DNA from: a virus
Strand: one strand, 5' to 3'
DNA: 64,000 nt
Virus record (IMG/VR): IMGVR_UViG_3300037247_001689
Span: 1 to 64,000 of that record
Part shown: piece after piece, positions 42,307-52,759 of the stretch
Layout of the letters: the number at the start of each line of letters is the position of its first letter
Numbering within the stretch: position 1 is the first letter of the stretch
The notes under the pieces: generated by a model
Seen by the model: the letters and a program-made list of their open reading frames with translations, nothing else
Databases searched by the model: none
Told to the model about the DNA's origin: nothing
Made by a program: the position numbers and the translations under genes

Positions 42307-43603
42307 TTATCCTTTTGCCACAATTTCGGTTTTATTAACCTCAACCATGCAATCGTTGACGAATTCCATATCAGAAGCCAATTGTTCCTGATTATCTGGC
42401 TCTTCATCCCATCGTTGGTCAAATCTCTCACGGGCATGAGTCAGCATATTTTTAAACGCCATGAACTCAGATACTGTGTCACATTGAATTTTCATAATTT
42501 CTTTTATTCTTTTAGTGAATCATTAACACTTTTTATTTCATCGAATACATTGGAATTAACATCTTTTTTACACAACTTGTAATCTTCAAGCGGACAATCA
42601 GGATGTATTTTATCAATGTTAAATTTTGGATCTGCTGGGATTGGACAGCCTTCTATTTTTAAATACAGCTCAATATAAATACACTCCCTGCAAAATTCTA
42701 TTTTTAATGCTCTAGCCATAATAAACCAAATATAAAGTATGTTATCCACCCCTATCTTTTTAATTACAGAGGTAGTGGATGGGGTTATTAATAGTCTGGG
42801 TGCATTACTATAAAAATATGAGGGCAATAGTCACATTCGACTGTTTGAACTTGTTTTTTATCTTTGTTGAACTCAAAATTATCCACATCAATGTCAAAAT
42901 AATCATGACATTTTGGACATTCAACCTCAAATGTTTCTACTTTTTCGCATTTCACTGTTTCCATAACACCCCTCTCAAATAATATATATAGTATATTCAG
43001 CAATGAATTTTAATTAAAACCTTCGATAAAATTACGCATTTTATCCTGAGTATCCAAATTGTTTGTTATCAATAATTGCATACCCATTTGAATCGCAATA
43101 TGCCCTGCTGTTTCGGGATGATTGCCTAAGTCAGAAGCCATTGAAGTGTACGCTCCTGTCGTATCTCCTGTGTCTAAAATCTCAATAGCTCTTTTCTTGC
43201 TCCAATCTAAATGCTCTTGCCTTGTCATTATTTCGTCTCCTGAAGTTAAAATACTATATTCACCCACGACTCCGATTTTTTGAAAGCCGTGGGAGCGATG
43301 TTTTTAGATATTTCTTGTCTTAACCGAGTTAGCAATATAGCAAAACCGGATTGCTTTTTTAACGCTTGTATATTTTCTTAAAATAAAACCAACCTGACCG
43401 GCTCTATTAGCCCCGATTAAAACAACATTTGTCTTTAGTCCCATGGATGGTACAATTCTGCACTTGTTAATTTTACCAGTTACCGTTCTCTTTTTCCTGT
43501 TAACCGGCTTTTGATGATCAGTTGGATTTGTTTGTCCGATCATGTTATTTTTGTGTTTTTTTGATTGCAAAGTAAACATTTTCCCTCTCAAAATAAGTTT
43601 CAA
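42307..43603 (-). CDS. block of small hypothetical ORFs, several with zinc ribbons
   Basis: Co-oriented ORFs 42307, 42504, 42788, 43010 (start 43228) and 43304. Confidence 0.55.
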
Positions 43604-43737
43604 ATTCCTACGATATCCAACCTCTAACAGTGACCTTTTGACCCATGCGGGTAGGTATGTTTTAGTTGTTGATTGAATATATAACTTATATTAATTAAAT
43701 GTCAAGTATTTATTTTCCCTGATAAATTTTGGACAAA

Positions 43738-43771
43738 AAAAATGCGTACCGTTTTACCGATACGCATTTTT
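43738..43771. terminator. intrinsic terminator
   Basis: AAAAATGCGTA...TACGCATTTTT. Confidence 0.7.
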
Positions 43772-43833
43772 AAATCTTAATGCCGATTCAATTGCAAAAA
43801 CTATATACTTAACTAAGTTGGATAATTTGTCAA

Positions 43834-44580
43834 CTAATAATCTGATTGGCTAAATGGAATTCTAATACCGATTGAAATCATATTGGCACTCATATTCCCG
43901 TGAGTGTATTCAATCCCCTTTCTTTTATTAGGAGCATTAATATTTTTATATTCAAGCGAAATCATCATTCCTTCAGGATGACTTTGATCCCAAGATATAT
44001 CTATTTTAGCCCCTTTAATAGTGGCTTGATCAATCTTAGCCTTGTTACCGTTTTTATCCTCAGCCTCTACCATTCCAAATCCCCCAAATATAGCAAAATT
44101 CCAATCTGATCTTGTTGTCAGATACAGCCCTGCTAAAAGAGAGTACATTTGGACCTCCCATTCATGGTGAAAAGCCGACCCTTCGAGTTTTCTTTTCTGT
44201 ATTTTTGTAAAATTAGAATATTGGAATTGCAAATAAACCCATTTATTAAAGTTTGTTCTGATTCCAAGCTCATAGTTTGTCATCTCAAACTGTTCTTCAC
44301 CGTTAGAAGGTGTCATGATCATAGGAAACATAATTTCGCCTTCCCAATTAGATCTCTCATAATCAATATTAGATTGAGTACCTGCTTCACATGTAAAATC
44401 ACATGTTTTACATACAGGACATGCCTTTTGTGTATCTTCACAAACAAATGATTCAGATTCAACAGGCGCAGGGCAAAACTTTTCCTGAACAAAATTAAGT
44501 TTTTTTGGTGCTGGCGGTTCTGCAAGACAAATCCCCGAAACAAAAAACATCATCGTAAATAAAATCAATAACTTTTTCAT
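43834..44580 (-). CDS. outer-membrane beta-barrel-like protein with Cys-rich N-terminal linker
   Basis: Signal peptide; alternating aromatic/Gly strands; terminal ISIGIRIPF. Confidence 0.6.
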   Translation of the reverse strand: MKKLLILFTMMFFVSGICLAEPPAPKKLNFVQEKFCPAPVESESFVCEDTQKACPVCKTCDFTCEAGTQSNIDYERSNWEGEIMFPMIMTPSNGEEQFEMTNYELGIRTNFNKWVYLQFQYSNFTKIQKRKLEGSAFHHEWEVQMYSLLAGLYLTTRSDWNFAIFGGFGMVEAEDKNGNKAKIDQATIKGAKIDISWDQSHPEGMMISLEYKNINAPNKRKGIEYTHGNMSANMISIGIRIPFSQSDY

Positions 44581-44712
44581 ACTTTCTCCAAATGGAATTT
44601 AAAATTAACTAGTTGAAATATTATTAAAAATGACAGGTATTAAGTCAAATAGCCCTGTTTGACCATAAAACAGCTTTCAATTAGGATAAAATTAAATTTA
44701 AACGAGGTTATT

Positions 44713-46547
44713 ATGTTCGAGAAAGGCATTTACGCCCTTTTCTTCCTGATCGGTCTATATTATATGATTGGTGTGACATGCTTTAGTACAGATGAGAATA
44801 TCGTATGGCTTAGAGATTTTGTCGGAGTAGAAGAAAAGTGCTCAATTGTGCTTAAAAATAAATTATAAAGGTTAAAATGGCAAATAACGATCAAAAATTG
44901 AAGAAAGATTTTGAAGAACTGAAGATAACAAATACCGATCTTGGCAAAAAATTGGGTGTTGTTTCAGGTGAGTTGACAAAGGCGAATAAGAAAATTGAAG
45001 AAGATTCAAAACTGTCAGATCAGCTAAAAACAGCAAATGAAAAAATCCAGGCTTTGGAATCTGAAAAATCAAAACTTGAAAAAGTAGTTGGTAAAGTTTC
45101 TGGTACATTTCCAAAATTACCACTTATAAAAGACCAAATCACAGAAAATATCAAAATTTGTGAAGCCGGTTTCGGGCAAAATGATGACATGAGAAAAGTA
45201 GTCTTTCTTTTGACTACTAAAAAAGAAGGGAAAATAATGATGACAGCAACATACAAAGACGGAAAATGTGTTGATGTTAATTTCCAACCGATACTAAAAT
45301 AATGGAAGCAGAAGAAATTTTTGAACGGGAACATGGGCCAAAAAAACCTGTAAAAGAAGAACATAAATCGCCAATTGTGGATGGACGGATATTGGCTGTT
45401 GATGAGAAACTTACAAAGATTCAGGTTTTTGCAACAAAGTGGCAACGTCAGTTAGTTAAAAATGAAACATTGCTATCCTTTGTCTGTTTTTTTTTAGGTG
45501 TCATATACTCCTACGCCATAAATAAATGCACAGGGGATTTTAATGTTGCTTGGTATACATATGTTTTAGCTATTGGATGGGGGATATCGTTTTCTCTTTT
45601 ACTTATCAGAGAGGGCAGTCTCCCACTTTCAATTATTGCTAAATTTATATTAATATTCCTTGTTGGACATGTATCGTTAATGTTTTTTGTTGCGGCTGAT
45701 TCCCAAACATTTCATTTATTCACTGTTAATGTTTGTCGCATCCCTTTCGGGTGGAATGAATTAACATGGTGGACTTTGGGATTATTAAGCGGGTACTTAA
45801 TAATTAATTTATACAGAATTAAAAGATGAAGTATATTTTTATATTATTGATATTATCAGCATGTAGTGGGGAACTTAAAAACCCTGAAAAAGTTGAAAAG
45901 TTCGAATTCCCAGAAAAGCCAGTGATAGAAATAATTCCAGCTTTAGTTCTAAGTGATGTCATTGGTGATGATGTCGAAATGATCACAGAGCCGAAAGGTG
46001 ATAATGATGAATTGTTAAAAAAGATTGATCAACTGGTTTTAGATATGAAAGATATCCAAGAAAAATCAGTTTCCAAAATTGAACACAAGAAGCAGATACC
46101 AATTTCAGAAGTATTAAAAGACAAAAGCATCAAGCATACTGGACATTACGGCGGTGGAACGAATTGCAGGGGTAAGATATATCGAAAAGAATATTATGAA
46201 TCGTGGTTGTATTTTCATGTTGATTGCAACGGAAATTATACAGAACAACAAGTAAGGAGAAGATAATGTTTTTTGGATGGGAGGAGGTAGTTGCATTTTG
46301 GTTGGCTTTCGGAGGAATATGGTCAGTAGCTTTAATTGCGTTATTGATGGTGGTAGGCCAATTGTCTTTAAACAAATTAAAAACACCTACTGATATTGTT
46401 CAGAGAAGGAATTATAAAGACAGCATTTCCAACGCAAATTTGGGGAAAACGAATCTAAGAAGGTTTGCTGAAGCATCAAGGATGTTAGTTATAAATTTTA
46501 TTATTGTCGTCTCATTTTTAGTAATTCTGTATAAGATTTTTTCATGA
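44713..46547 (+). CDS. membrane cluster: TM protein, coiled-coil protein (44877), 4-TM protein (45302), lipoprotein (45826), 2-TM protein (46266)
   Basis: Hydrophobic segments; lipobox LSAC at residues 10-13 of ORF 45826. Confidence 0.6.
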
Positions 46548-47467
46548 ATCAAATAATTATCCCTCGCAGCGAATTCTTCCAGAAAGGATTCGTGAAAGCG
46601 CACACGAGAAAGGGCAAGCAAGTCGCCTCGTACTTCACTAAAACCAAGAAAAACGTAGCCATTGTTCGCCACAAAACCAAGACCAGAATGGATTTAAGCG
46701 GTGACCAAGCGAAGGCGAAAATCAAAGCTTTGGAATCGAAAAAACAGCGCCATTCAGAGCATATCGACCACGCCACGATTTTAAAAGCAGAGGTTGAAAA
46801 GCACAAAGCACAAGGAAATACCCATTTTAAAGTAGGGAAAACAGAGCATCATGTGGATAAAGTCTTGAAAGATTTAAAAGACCATATCGACCATCATTCC
46901 AATGAAAAAAAGTCCCATGATAATCATATAAATAAAATCAAAGATCGGCACGAAACGGAGGCGAAACACTGGGAGAAGAAAGCGGTGGTAATTGAGTCTA
47001 AGAAAAAGCTTCCTAAGAAGGCAGTGACGATCTCTGGTAAAAAAATTAAGGGTAACAGCGGGAAAACAAAAACATATGAAATAAGTACAAGAGAAAAGGT
47101 GAGTCAAACAACTGGGAATTTAGATTATACTCTTGAAAAACTAAAAGGTAATGAAATAATTGATATCAAAGATGTTAAGGAATATGGTGAGACTTTAAAA
47201 CTTGTAAAATACTGGAAAACAAGATCAGCCATAGTTGAATCAAAAACCAAAGAAGATGCAATCAGTAAGATAGAATCAAATAGGTTCGGACTCGGAGCAT
47301 CTACTATTGAAATTGTAAGCGTAAAAGAGATTGATAGCAAAAGAAGTAAACAGAGTAAACAACCTATTATTGAAGCTGAGGAAATACTTTATGAAATGGA
47401 TGCAAAAGGGGTAGATAGATATTTGGGGTACACAAGAAAAGAGCTTATGGACAGCCTTGGTTTGTAA
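46544..47467 (+). CDS. Lys/His-rich probable internal head protein
   Basis: N-terminal FQKGFVKAHTRKGKQVASYFTK; paralogous to the middle of ORF 34344. Confidence 0.7.
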   Translation: MNQIIIPRSEFFQKGFVKAHTRKGKQVASYFTKTKKNVAIVRHKTKTRMDLSGDQAKAKIKALESKKQRHSEHIDHATILKAEVEKHKAQGNTHFKVGKTEHHVDKVLKDLKDHIDHHSNEKKSHDNHINKIKDRHETEAKHWEKKAVVIESKKKLPKKAVTISGKKIKGNSGKTKTYEISTREKVSQTTGNLDYTLEKLKGNEIIDIKDVKEYGETLKLVKYWKTRSAIVESKTKEDAISKIESNRFGLGASTIEIVSVKEIDSKRSKQSKQPIIEAEEILYEMDAKGVDRYLGYTRKELMDSLGL

Positions 47468-47492
47468 AGCCTGTAAGGAAAACAGGCTTTAC
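47464..47492. terminator. hairpin between convergent genes
   Basis: GTAAAGCCTGT-aaggaaa-ACAGGCTTTAC. Confidence 0.7.
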
Positions 47493-47498
47493 TTACTA

Positions 47499-47801
47499 CT
47501 ATTCCCAATCATTGAGAGCGCTTTTAAGATAATTTATCTCAGATTCAAAAAATGCCTTTGCAGTTTTATTTTCCACGAAAGTTTCTTGATCAGCGTCAAC
47601 TTTGTCTAACAGAATATAATGCAAATATCTATCAGCACAAGCGTCTGACATATTTGAATAAGCTTTTTGGATTTCGACCAACTCAACGTCCCATTGCCCA
47701 TCTTTAAAAAGATATTCGCTATCGGACGGGATAAAGTTTTCAATAAGCTCATATCTTTCTTCATCTGATAAATTCACTTCCATGTTTGTTGTTGTTTCCA
47801 T
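47499..47801 (-). CDS. acidic hypothetical protein
   Basis: AGGAGACGA RBS; D/E-rich; has its own promoter cassette. Confidence 0.7.
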   Translation of the reverse strand: METTTNMEVNLSDEERYELIENFIPSDSEYLFKDGQWDVELVEIQKAYSNMSDACADRYLHYILLDKVDADQETFVENKTAKAFFESEINYLKSALNDWE

Positions 47802-47849
47802 TTCGTCTCCTTAAAGTTTCAATTAAAAATACCCTCACTCGTTAAATTT

Positions 47850-47900
47850 AGAATCACAAACTTGTCGGAATCCGTCAAGTAAATAATAACTTATTTTAAA
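47850..47900 (-). promoter_or_regulatory. promoter/operator cassette (copy 3)
   Basis: TTGACGGATTCCGACAA at 47862-47878; upstream ATAAGTTATTATTTAC. Confidence 0.75.
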
Positions 47901-47980
47901 ATAAAAACAAATCACCCCCTGTTTGCCTTTCTACTACCTTTAATAGTATAGATAAACAAACCCATATACTATAGATAAAA

Positions 47981-50881
47981 ATGCAAATAGTCATTCCAAG
48001 ATCAGAATTTTTCCAAAAAGGTTTTGTCCATCAGCATACACGTAAAGGCAAAACTGTTGGTCCTTATTTCACTAAAAGATTACCCGGCAAGGTTAAGGAA
48101 AAACATACCCGTGAACGATTCCATGATCATGATAAAGCGAGCGCAAAAAAAGCCCATGACGAACTTGAATCTAAAAAAGAAAAATCTAAACTAATCCTTC
48201 AAGCCCTGAAAACGGAGCATAAAAAGCTTACTAAAGAAGGACCAATCAAAGATGAAAAAATTCCCCATGGTGATAAATTATCGCATTTAAAACAGCATAT
48301 CAAAAACGAAGAACAACACATAGATAACCATTCTCGCAAGCAAGGACATATTAAAAACCGCTATGTAATCGCAGGAAAACAGCACGAAGCCAAACGGGCT
48401 AAATCCGAACTTGAAAAGAAGATAGAACCACATTCTGAGGCTCAAAAAGAAACGATTCGAAAAATCCATGAACATGGGAAAGATACCCACGAAACCGGCA
48501 GAGTCTTATCAGGAAAAGATAAAGATCATGTCTACCTTGAACGAAAAAACAAAGAGACCGGTGAAACCAAACATATTGCCATTCATAAAGATGGTGAGAT
48601 TAAAGACCCTAATATTTTACATGAAGGGAAGTTTGATTCTAAAACGTTGACCGATAAACAAGCACAGGCAGAAAAGAAACAAGTAGTCGTCAAAATGCCT
48701 GAGAAAAAAGAAGCTAAAACATCAAAAGATCATAAAGTATTCCCTAAAAAAATGACATTCCCCGCAATCCAAAAATACTTTCATGAAAACGATGTCAAAA
48801 AAGGAATGACATTTCAATTAGGCGATGCAAAGGGAACTAAAATAAACAAGGTGGTATCCGTTGACGATAATAAAGTCGTTATTCAGATGGAAAACGGGAT
48901 TAAGCACGAAATCAAAGTTGACCCGAAAGTAAAGAAGGAAATTAAATCCACCAGTGAAAAAGTAGCTCAGATTAAAAAAGAAATTGAGACGGTTAAGAAA
49001 ACTGAAGCCGAGGAAAAAGAAAATCGGTCTCAGGCGATGAAAGGCAATAAGAACGCTTACAAAGGAGGACCGGAAGATAGGGAAATTACAAAAGCTATCA
49101 AGAAAGAGTTAAAGATTAAGCCCGTCTTAAAAGGAATGGCAATAAGCACTGATTTACTGGATAATGGTCGGGCTGAATTAATGGGTAGAAGTATTAAGGA
49201 TTCAAGAGAAATGGCTGCTATCGCCCAAGTGTTCCGTGATCCAAGATATGAAACAATACGGTATGTTTTAACAAAAAAAGATAAAGTAGTTGCTCATTTA
49301 GCCGTTACCAGTAAAATGCCAGCTTTAGCGTTAGTGTCTCCCAAAAAACCTGGCGAAAAACAAACAAGCGCAGTAGATTTTTTAAGTGGAAAGATGAAAG
49401 AGCATTCAGCTGATGGATATTATCTAATACACAATCATCCATCAGGGGATCCGAATGCATCAGATGCGGATATAAACATAACAGGAGTTTTAGCTTCAGC
49501 CGTTCTGGGGTTCAAAGATCATATAATTATAAATTCTAACAAATATGCCAGTATTAAAAGAGGAAAAGGTGGTAGATTTATGCAAGAAATCAATGATCTA
49601 AATGGAGGCAAAGATGAGATATTAAAACCATCGTTAGATCATCCATTATTAGGACAATTAGTAAATAGCCAACAATCTCTTGCAGAAATTTCAAAAGATT
49701 TTCAAAATAGTGATAAATATTTTACCTTAGTCGGCGCTGATAATAAGTTAAAAACACGAACAATTCTTGAAATGCCAATGGATATGACTAAAAATAACCC
49801 AGCATCCAGAAAAGCATTTGAAAGTTTTTTAAGAACACACACAAGGGAAACTGGATCAAATCATTTCTTTATTGCAGGACTTGATAATAACGCGAGTAAT
49901 AGAAAGTTTTTAGCTAATGCAGAACATCATGGGTTGATATTGGATGCACATTTTAATGACAATAAAATTCTTTCTGAAATGGGTCAGGAGAAACATACGC
50001 TTATTGATGGGGATAAAACATTTTCCGATTTACCAGAAAAAGAAGTAACTGGTTATTTAACTGAAGAAAAACCGAAAGAACCTAAAAAAGTAACAGTGCA
50101 GAAACAAGTTAAGAGTGAGAAAAAGTCAGGAAACATATTTGATAAGGAATTTTCTGAAATTAAAGAGTTAGCCGAATCAAAAAAAATCACTCCAGAGCAA
50201 ATAGCGGAGGATCAAAAAAAATCGTCATATGACCATAAGGGATATAAAATATATCCATCTTTGTACCGTGACGGTATAAAATGGGTCGCTCAATCAACTG
50301 ATCATAAAGAAAAAAATACCCCTGTTGGCGAAGGGATGGGGGACTCTGTTCATAAATCAAAAAAAGAAGCAGAGGAACAAATCGATTGGAATATAAAAAG
50401 CTCAAAATCTAAGAAAAAAGCAGAGGAATCATTAAATGATCAAGAAAAAAAACAGATCGAAAGGGAAAAAGAATATAAAAACATTGATGGATTTGCCGAT
50501 AAGGAAGAAAAATTAAAAAAAGGTAGAATTTTAAAATACTTAAATGAAAGTATGAATTATCAAGGAAAGCCGTATATCAGGAAAGAGCTTATCAGGGAAA
50601 AGATAAAAAAAGGATGGAAAATAGGCAAGTCACAAAGGCATGGAAAAATATTAGAGGATGAAGAAGGAAGCTCATTTTTGACAAAAAAAGATATTACAAA
50701 AACGGCTATTGATTATGCTGAATATCTAATTAGTAGAAAAGACTTGGAAAAATCTATAAAACAAAAATCACCCCAACTAAAATCCCTAGAACAAAAAGAA
50801 GAACTATCAAAATCACTAGAAAAACAAAAAGCGTTAAAGGAAAAACGAAAACGTAGGAAAAAACGTAAAGGTAAAAAATAA
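47981..50881 (+). CDS. polyvalent protein with JAB/RadC domain, probable internal virion protein
   Basis: AQVFRDPRYETIR...YYLIHNHPSGDPNASDAD...DHIII; shared N-terminal HTRKGK motif. Confidence 0.8.
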   Translation: MQIVIPRSEFFQKGFVHQHTRKGKTVGPYFTKRLPGKVKEKHTRERFHDHDKASAKKAHDELESKKEKSKLILQALKTEHKKLTKEGPIKDEKIPHGDKLSHLKQHIKNEEQHIDNHSRKQGHIKNRYVIAGKQHEAKRAKSELEKKIEPHSEAQKETIRKIHEHGKDTHETGRVLSGKDKDHVYLERKNKETGETKHIAIHKDGEIKDPNILHEGKFDSKTLTDKQAQAEKKQVVVKMPEKKEAKTSKDHKVFPKKMTFPAIQKYFHENDVKKGMTFQLGDAKGTKINKVVSVDDNKVVIQMENGIKHEIKVDPKVKKEIKSTSEKVAQIKKEIETVKKTEAEEKENRSQAMKGNKNAYKGGPEDREITKAIKKELKIKPVLKGMAISTDLLDNGRAELMGRSIKDSREMAAIAQVFRDPRYETIRYVLTKKDKVVAHLAVTSKMPALALVSPKKPGEKQTSAVDFLSGKMKEHSADGYYLIHNHPSGDPNASDADINITGVLASAVLGFKDHIIINSNKYASIKRGKGGRFMQEINDLNGGKDEILKPSLDHPLLGQLVNSQQSLAEISKDFQNSDKYFTLVGADNKLKTRTILEMPMDMTKNNPASRKAFESFLRTHTRETGSNHFFIAGLDNNASNRKFLANAEHHGLILDAHFNDNKILSEMGQEKHTLIDGDKTFSDLPEKEVTGYLTEEKPKEPKKVTVQKQVKSEKKSGNIFDKEFSEIKELAESKKITPEQIAEDQKKSSYDHKGYKIYPSLYRDGIKWVAQSTDHKEKNTPVGEGMGDSVHKSKKEAEEQIDWNIKSSKSKKKAEESLNDQEKKQIEREKEYKNIDGFADKEEKLKKGRILKYLNESMNYQGKPYIRKELIREKIKKGWKIGKSQRHGKILEDEEGSSFLTKKDITKTAIDYAEYLISRKDLEKSIKQKSPQLKSLEQKEELSKSLEKQKALKEKRKRRKKRKGKK

Positions 50882-52383
50882 TGGCTGAAATAACAATCAA
50901 ATTTCTAAAATCAGAGTTCTGCAGATTCGAACCAGGATTTAAAGATCTAAAAGTAAGAATCAAAATAACTGACGTCTGGGATATCGGGGAAGATAATATT
51001 TTTACTGCCAAAATAACAGATATTCACGGCATGGAATACCCGATAACTGACTGGACTGAAACAATCGTAGAATCCACAACAAAACTAACAAAAGAGTACG
51101 ATCTAAATCTGGTAGGGTTTACAGAAAATGATATCCAAGAAAACTCAGGTAAGACAGGCAGCTATGATAATGAAAGATTTTGTATCCCCTTAAATATCGG
51201 AAAAAACACACTCACGGTCCAAATAAACGATACCATAGCCAGCGCAGAATTTGATTTAGTCCCGATTACCGTGGCATCAATTAAAAATCAATACCTTTTA
51301 GGGGTCGATTTACAGTCCAGAACGCAGCTTACTATCCAGCAGGAATTAAGAGAGATAACAGGTGTTGAATTCACTGAAATTTCAAATGATACGACTGTAG
51401 GTGCTAAAGATCTTGTCTGGGATGCAACGGCTAAAACTTTGCAGTGGGATAACGGAAAACCAATTAAAATTGTAGATGCTGAAATTGAGTACCTTTTACC
51501 ATCATACCTTATGATAGCGGGACTTGGAGGTGGCGATTACGTAAGAATCATAGTGGAAGATGTTGACGATTTGCCGAGTTTGAACGTTACGGAAGAATTG
51601 ATTGTGGACGTTAAGCAATTCGGAAACTCTGATTTTCAATATTGGATCAACAATGGATATCAAGTAGCACTTCAGACAATCGCTATGGTCGATTTGGAAC
51701 CAACTCTTTATACATCTGATAAACTACTGGTTGAGAATAACAATTATAAATACCTTGATCCAATTCAACTAGTCACAAAAAGGCAGACCAGAACTCAAAA
51801 CTTTTCCTTTGAGACCCCTATTAATATGCTTCAAAAGGTTATAGAACTTTGGGGGCACTATTCAGGAGAAAACAGGGTTGTTATTGATAATGAAAGGATA
51901 GAAATTGGAACGGACGGAAACATTGTAATTCGCGGTTTTCCTTTGGGTTTTGGTAGCCGTGGTGGTTTTTCTGCTATCGGATTTGCGGGATTAATCGATA
52001 GAACAATTAACGCTGAAACTTACCCGGGATCGAGAAATCCGACTAATAATTTTTGGCAAATGACCGGTACTTTTGGGGTAATCGACAAAGGAATCCGAGA
52101 TTTATTTATCTCAGTAGCAGGAAAAATTGCATCTATCGATCTACTTCTAATAGCAGGAGTCTCTAAAGGACAAGGAATCGCAAGCCAGTCATTCAGTGTT
52201 GACGGGGTGTCCAGCGCATACACAACAACCGAGTCAGCCGAGAACTCGCTGTACAGTGGGGTCTTGACCGATTTACAAAGAGGACTTGGTGTTGGAAAAG
52301 CAACCAAAGAGGAACGAGAAACCGGTTTAGTTAATAAATTAAGAAAAAAGATTGAGGGTGGGTCTCTCGTATTTAAGTTTTAA
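50881..52383 (+). CDS. neck / head-tail adaptor-like virion protein
   Basis: C-terminal GIASQSFSVDGVSS..TTT.SA...YSG, reminiscent of Herelleviridae-like neck proteins. Confidence 0.6.
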   Translation: MAEITIKFLKSEFCRFEPGFKDLKVRIKITDVWDIGEDNIFTAKITDIHGMEYPITDWTETIVESTTKLTKEYDLNLVGFTENDIQENSGKTGSYDNERFCIPLNIGKNTLTVQINDTIASAEFDLVPITVASIKNQYLLGVDLQSRTQLTIQQELREITGVEFTEISNDTTVGAKDLVWDATAKTLQWDNGKPIKIVDAEIEYLLPSYLMIAGLGGGDYVRIIVEDVDDLPSLNVTEELIVDVKQFGNSDFQYWINNGYQVALQTIAMVDLEPTLYTSDKLLVENNNYKYLDPIQLVTKRQTRTQNFSFETPINMLQKVIELWGHYSGENRVVIDNERIEIGTDGNIVIRGFPLGFGSRGGFSAIGFAGLIDRTINAETYPGSRNPTNNFWQMTGTFGVIDKGIRDLFISVAGKIASIDLLLIAGVSKGQGIASQSFSVDGVSSAYTTTESAENSLYSGVLTDLQRGLGVGKATKEERETGLVNKLRKKIEGGSLVFKF

Positions 52384-52664
52384 TCCAATGCCATGTATTC
52401 TTTCCATGGCATATTTGTAAAAAAATCTATACTCCCAACGGGGACACTAACTCCGTCATTTGAATGGCCGTAAAATGTTTCTTCTATCTCATACCCATAA
52501 AGTTTTAATATCTCTCTTAGTAAAATTTTCTCAATGTTGGCCGTTTTTAAATCACAAACAAAACAAGCCTTATCACCATCACCAAAGATCATATCTCTTC
52601 CATATACTGTATGCCCGATATTCTTAATATCTGATTTATAAACAGATATATATTTCGATTCCAT
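52380..52664 (-). CDS. hypothetical protein
   Basis: AGGAG RBS; divergent promoter. Confidence 0.6.
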   Translation of the reverse strand: MESKYISVYKSDIKNIGHTVYGRDMIFGDGDKACFVCDLKTANIEKILLREILKLYGYEIEETFYGHSNDGVSVPVGSIDFFTNMPWKEYMALD

Positions 52665-52686
52665 TCTTAATCTCCTTTTTTAATAG

Positions 52687-52735
52687 TTGACTTTATAATT
52701 TAATATAAGTTATAAATAATTAAAGATATAGTCAA
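52687..52735. promoter_or_regulatory. divergent sigma70-type promoters with TATAAGTTATA box
   Basis: TTGACT at 52687 (+) and 52735 (-); box at 52704-52714. Confidence 0.6.
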
Positions 52736-52759
52736 TGTTTAATTTATAGAGAGGGTTAT

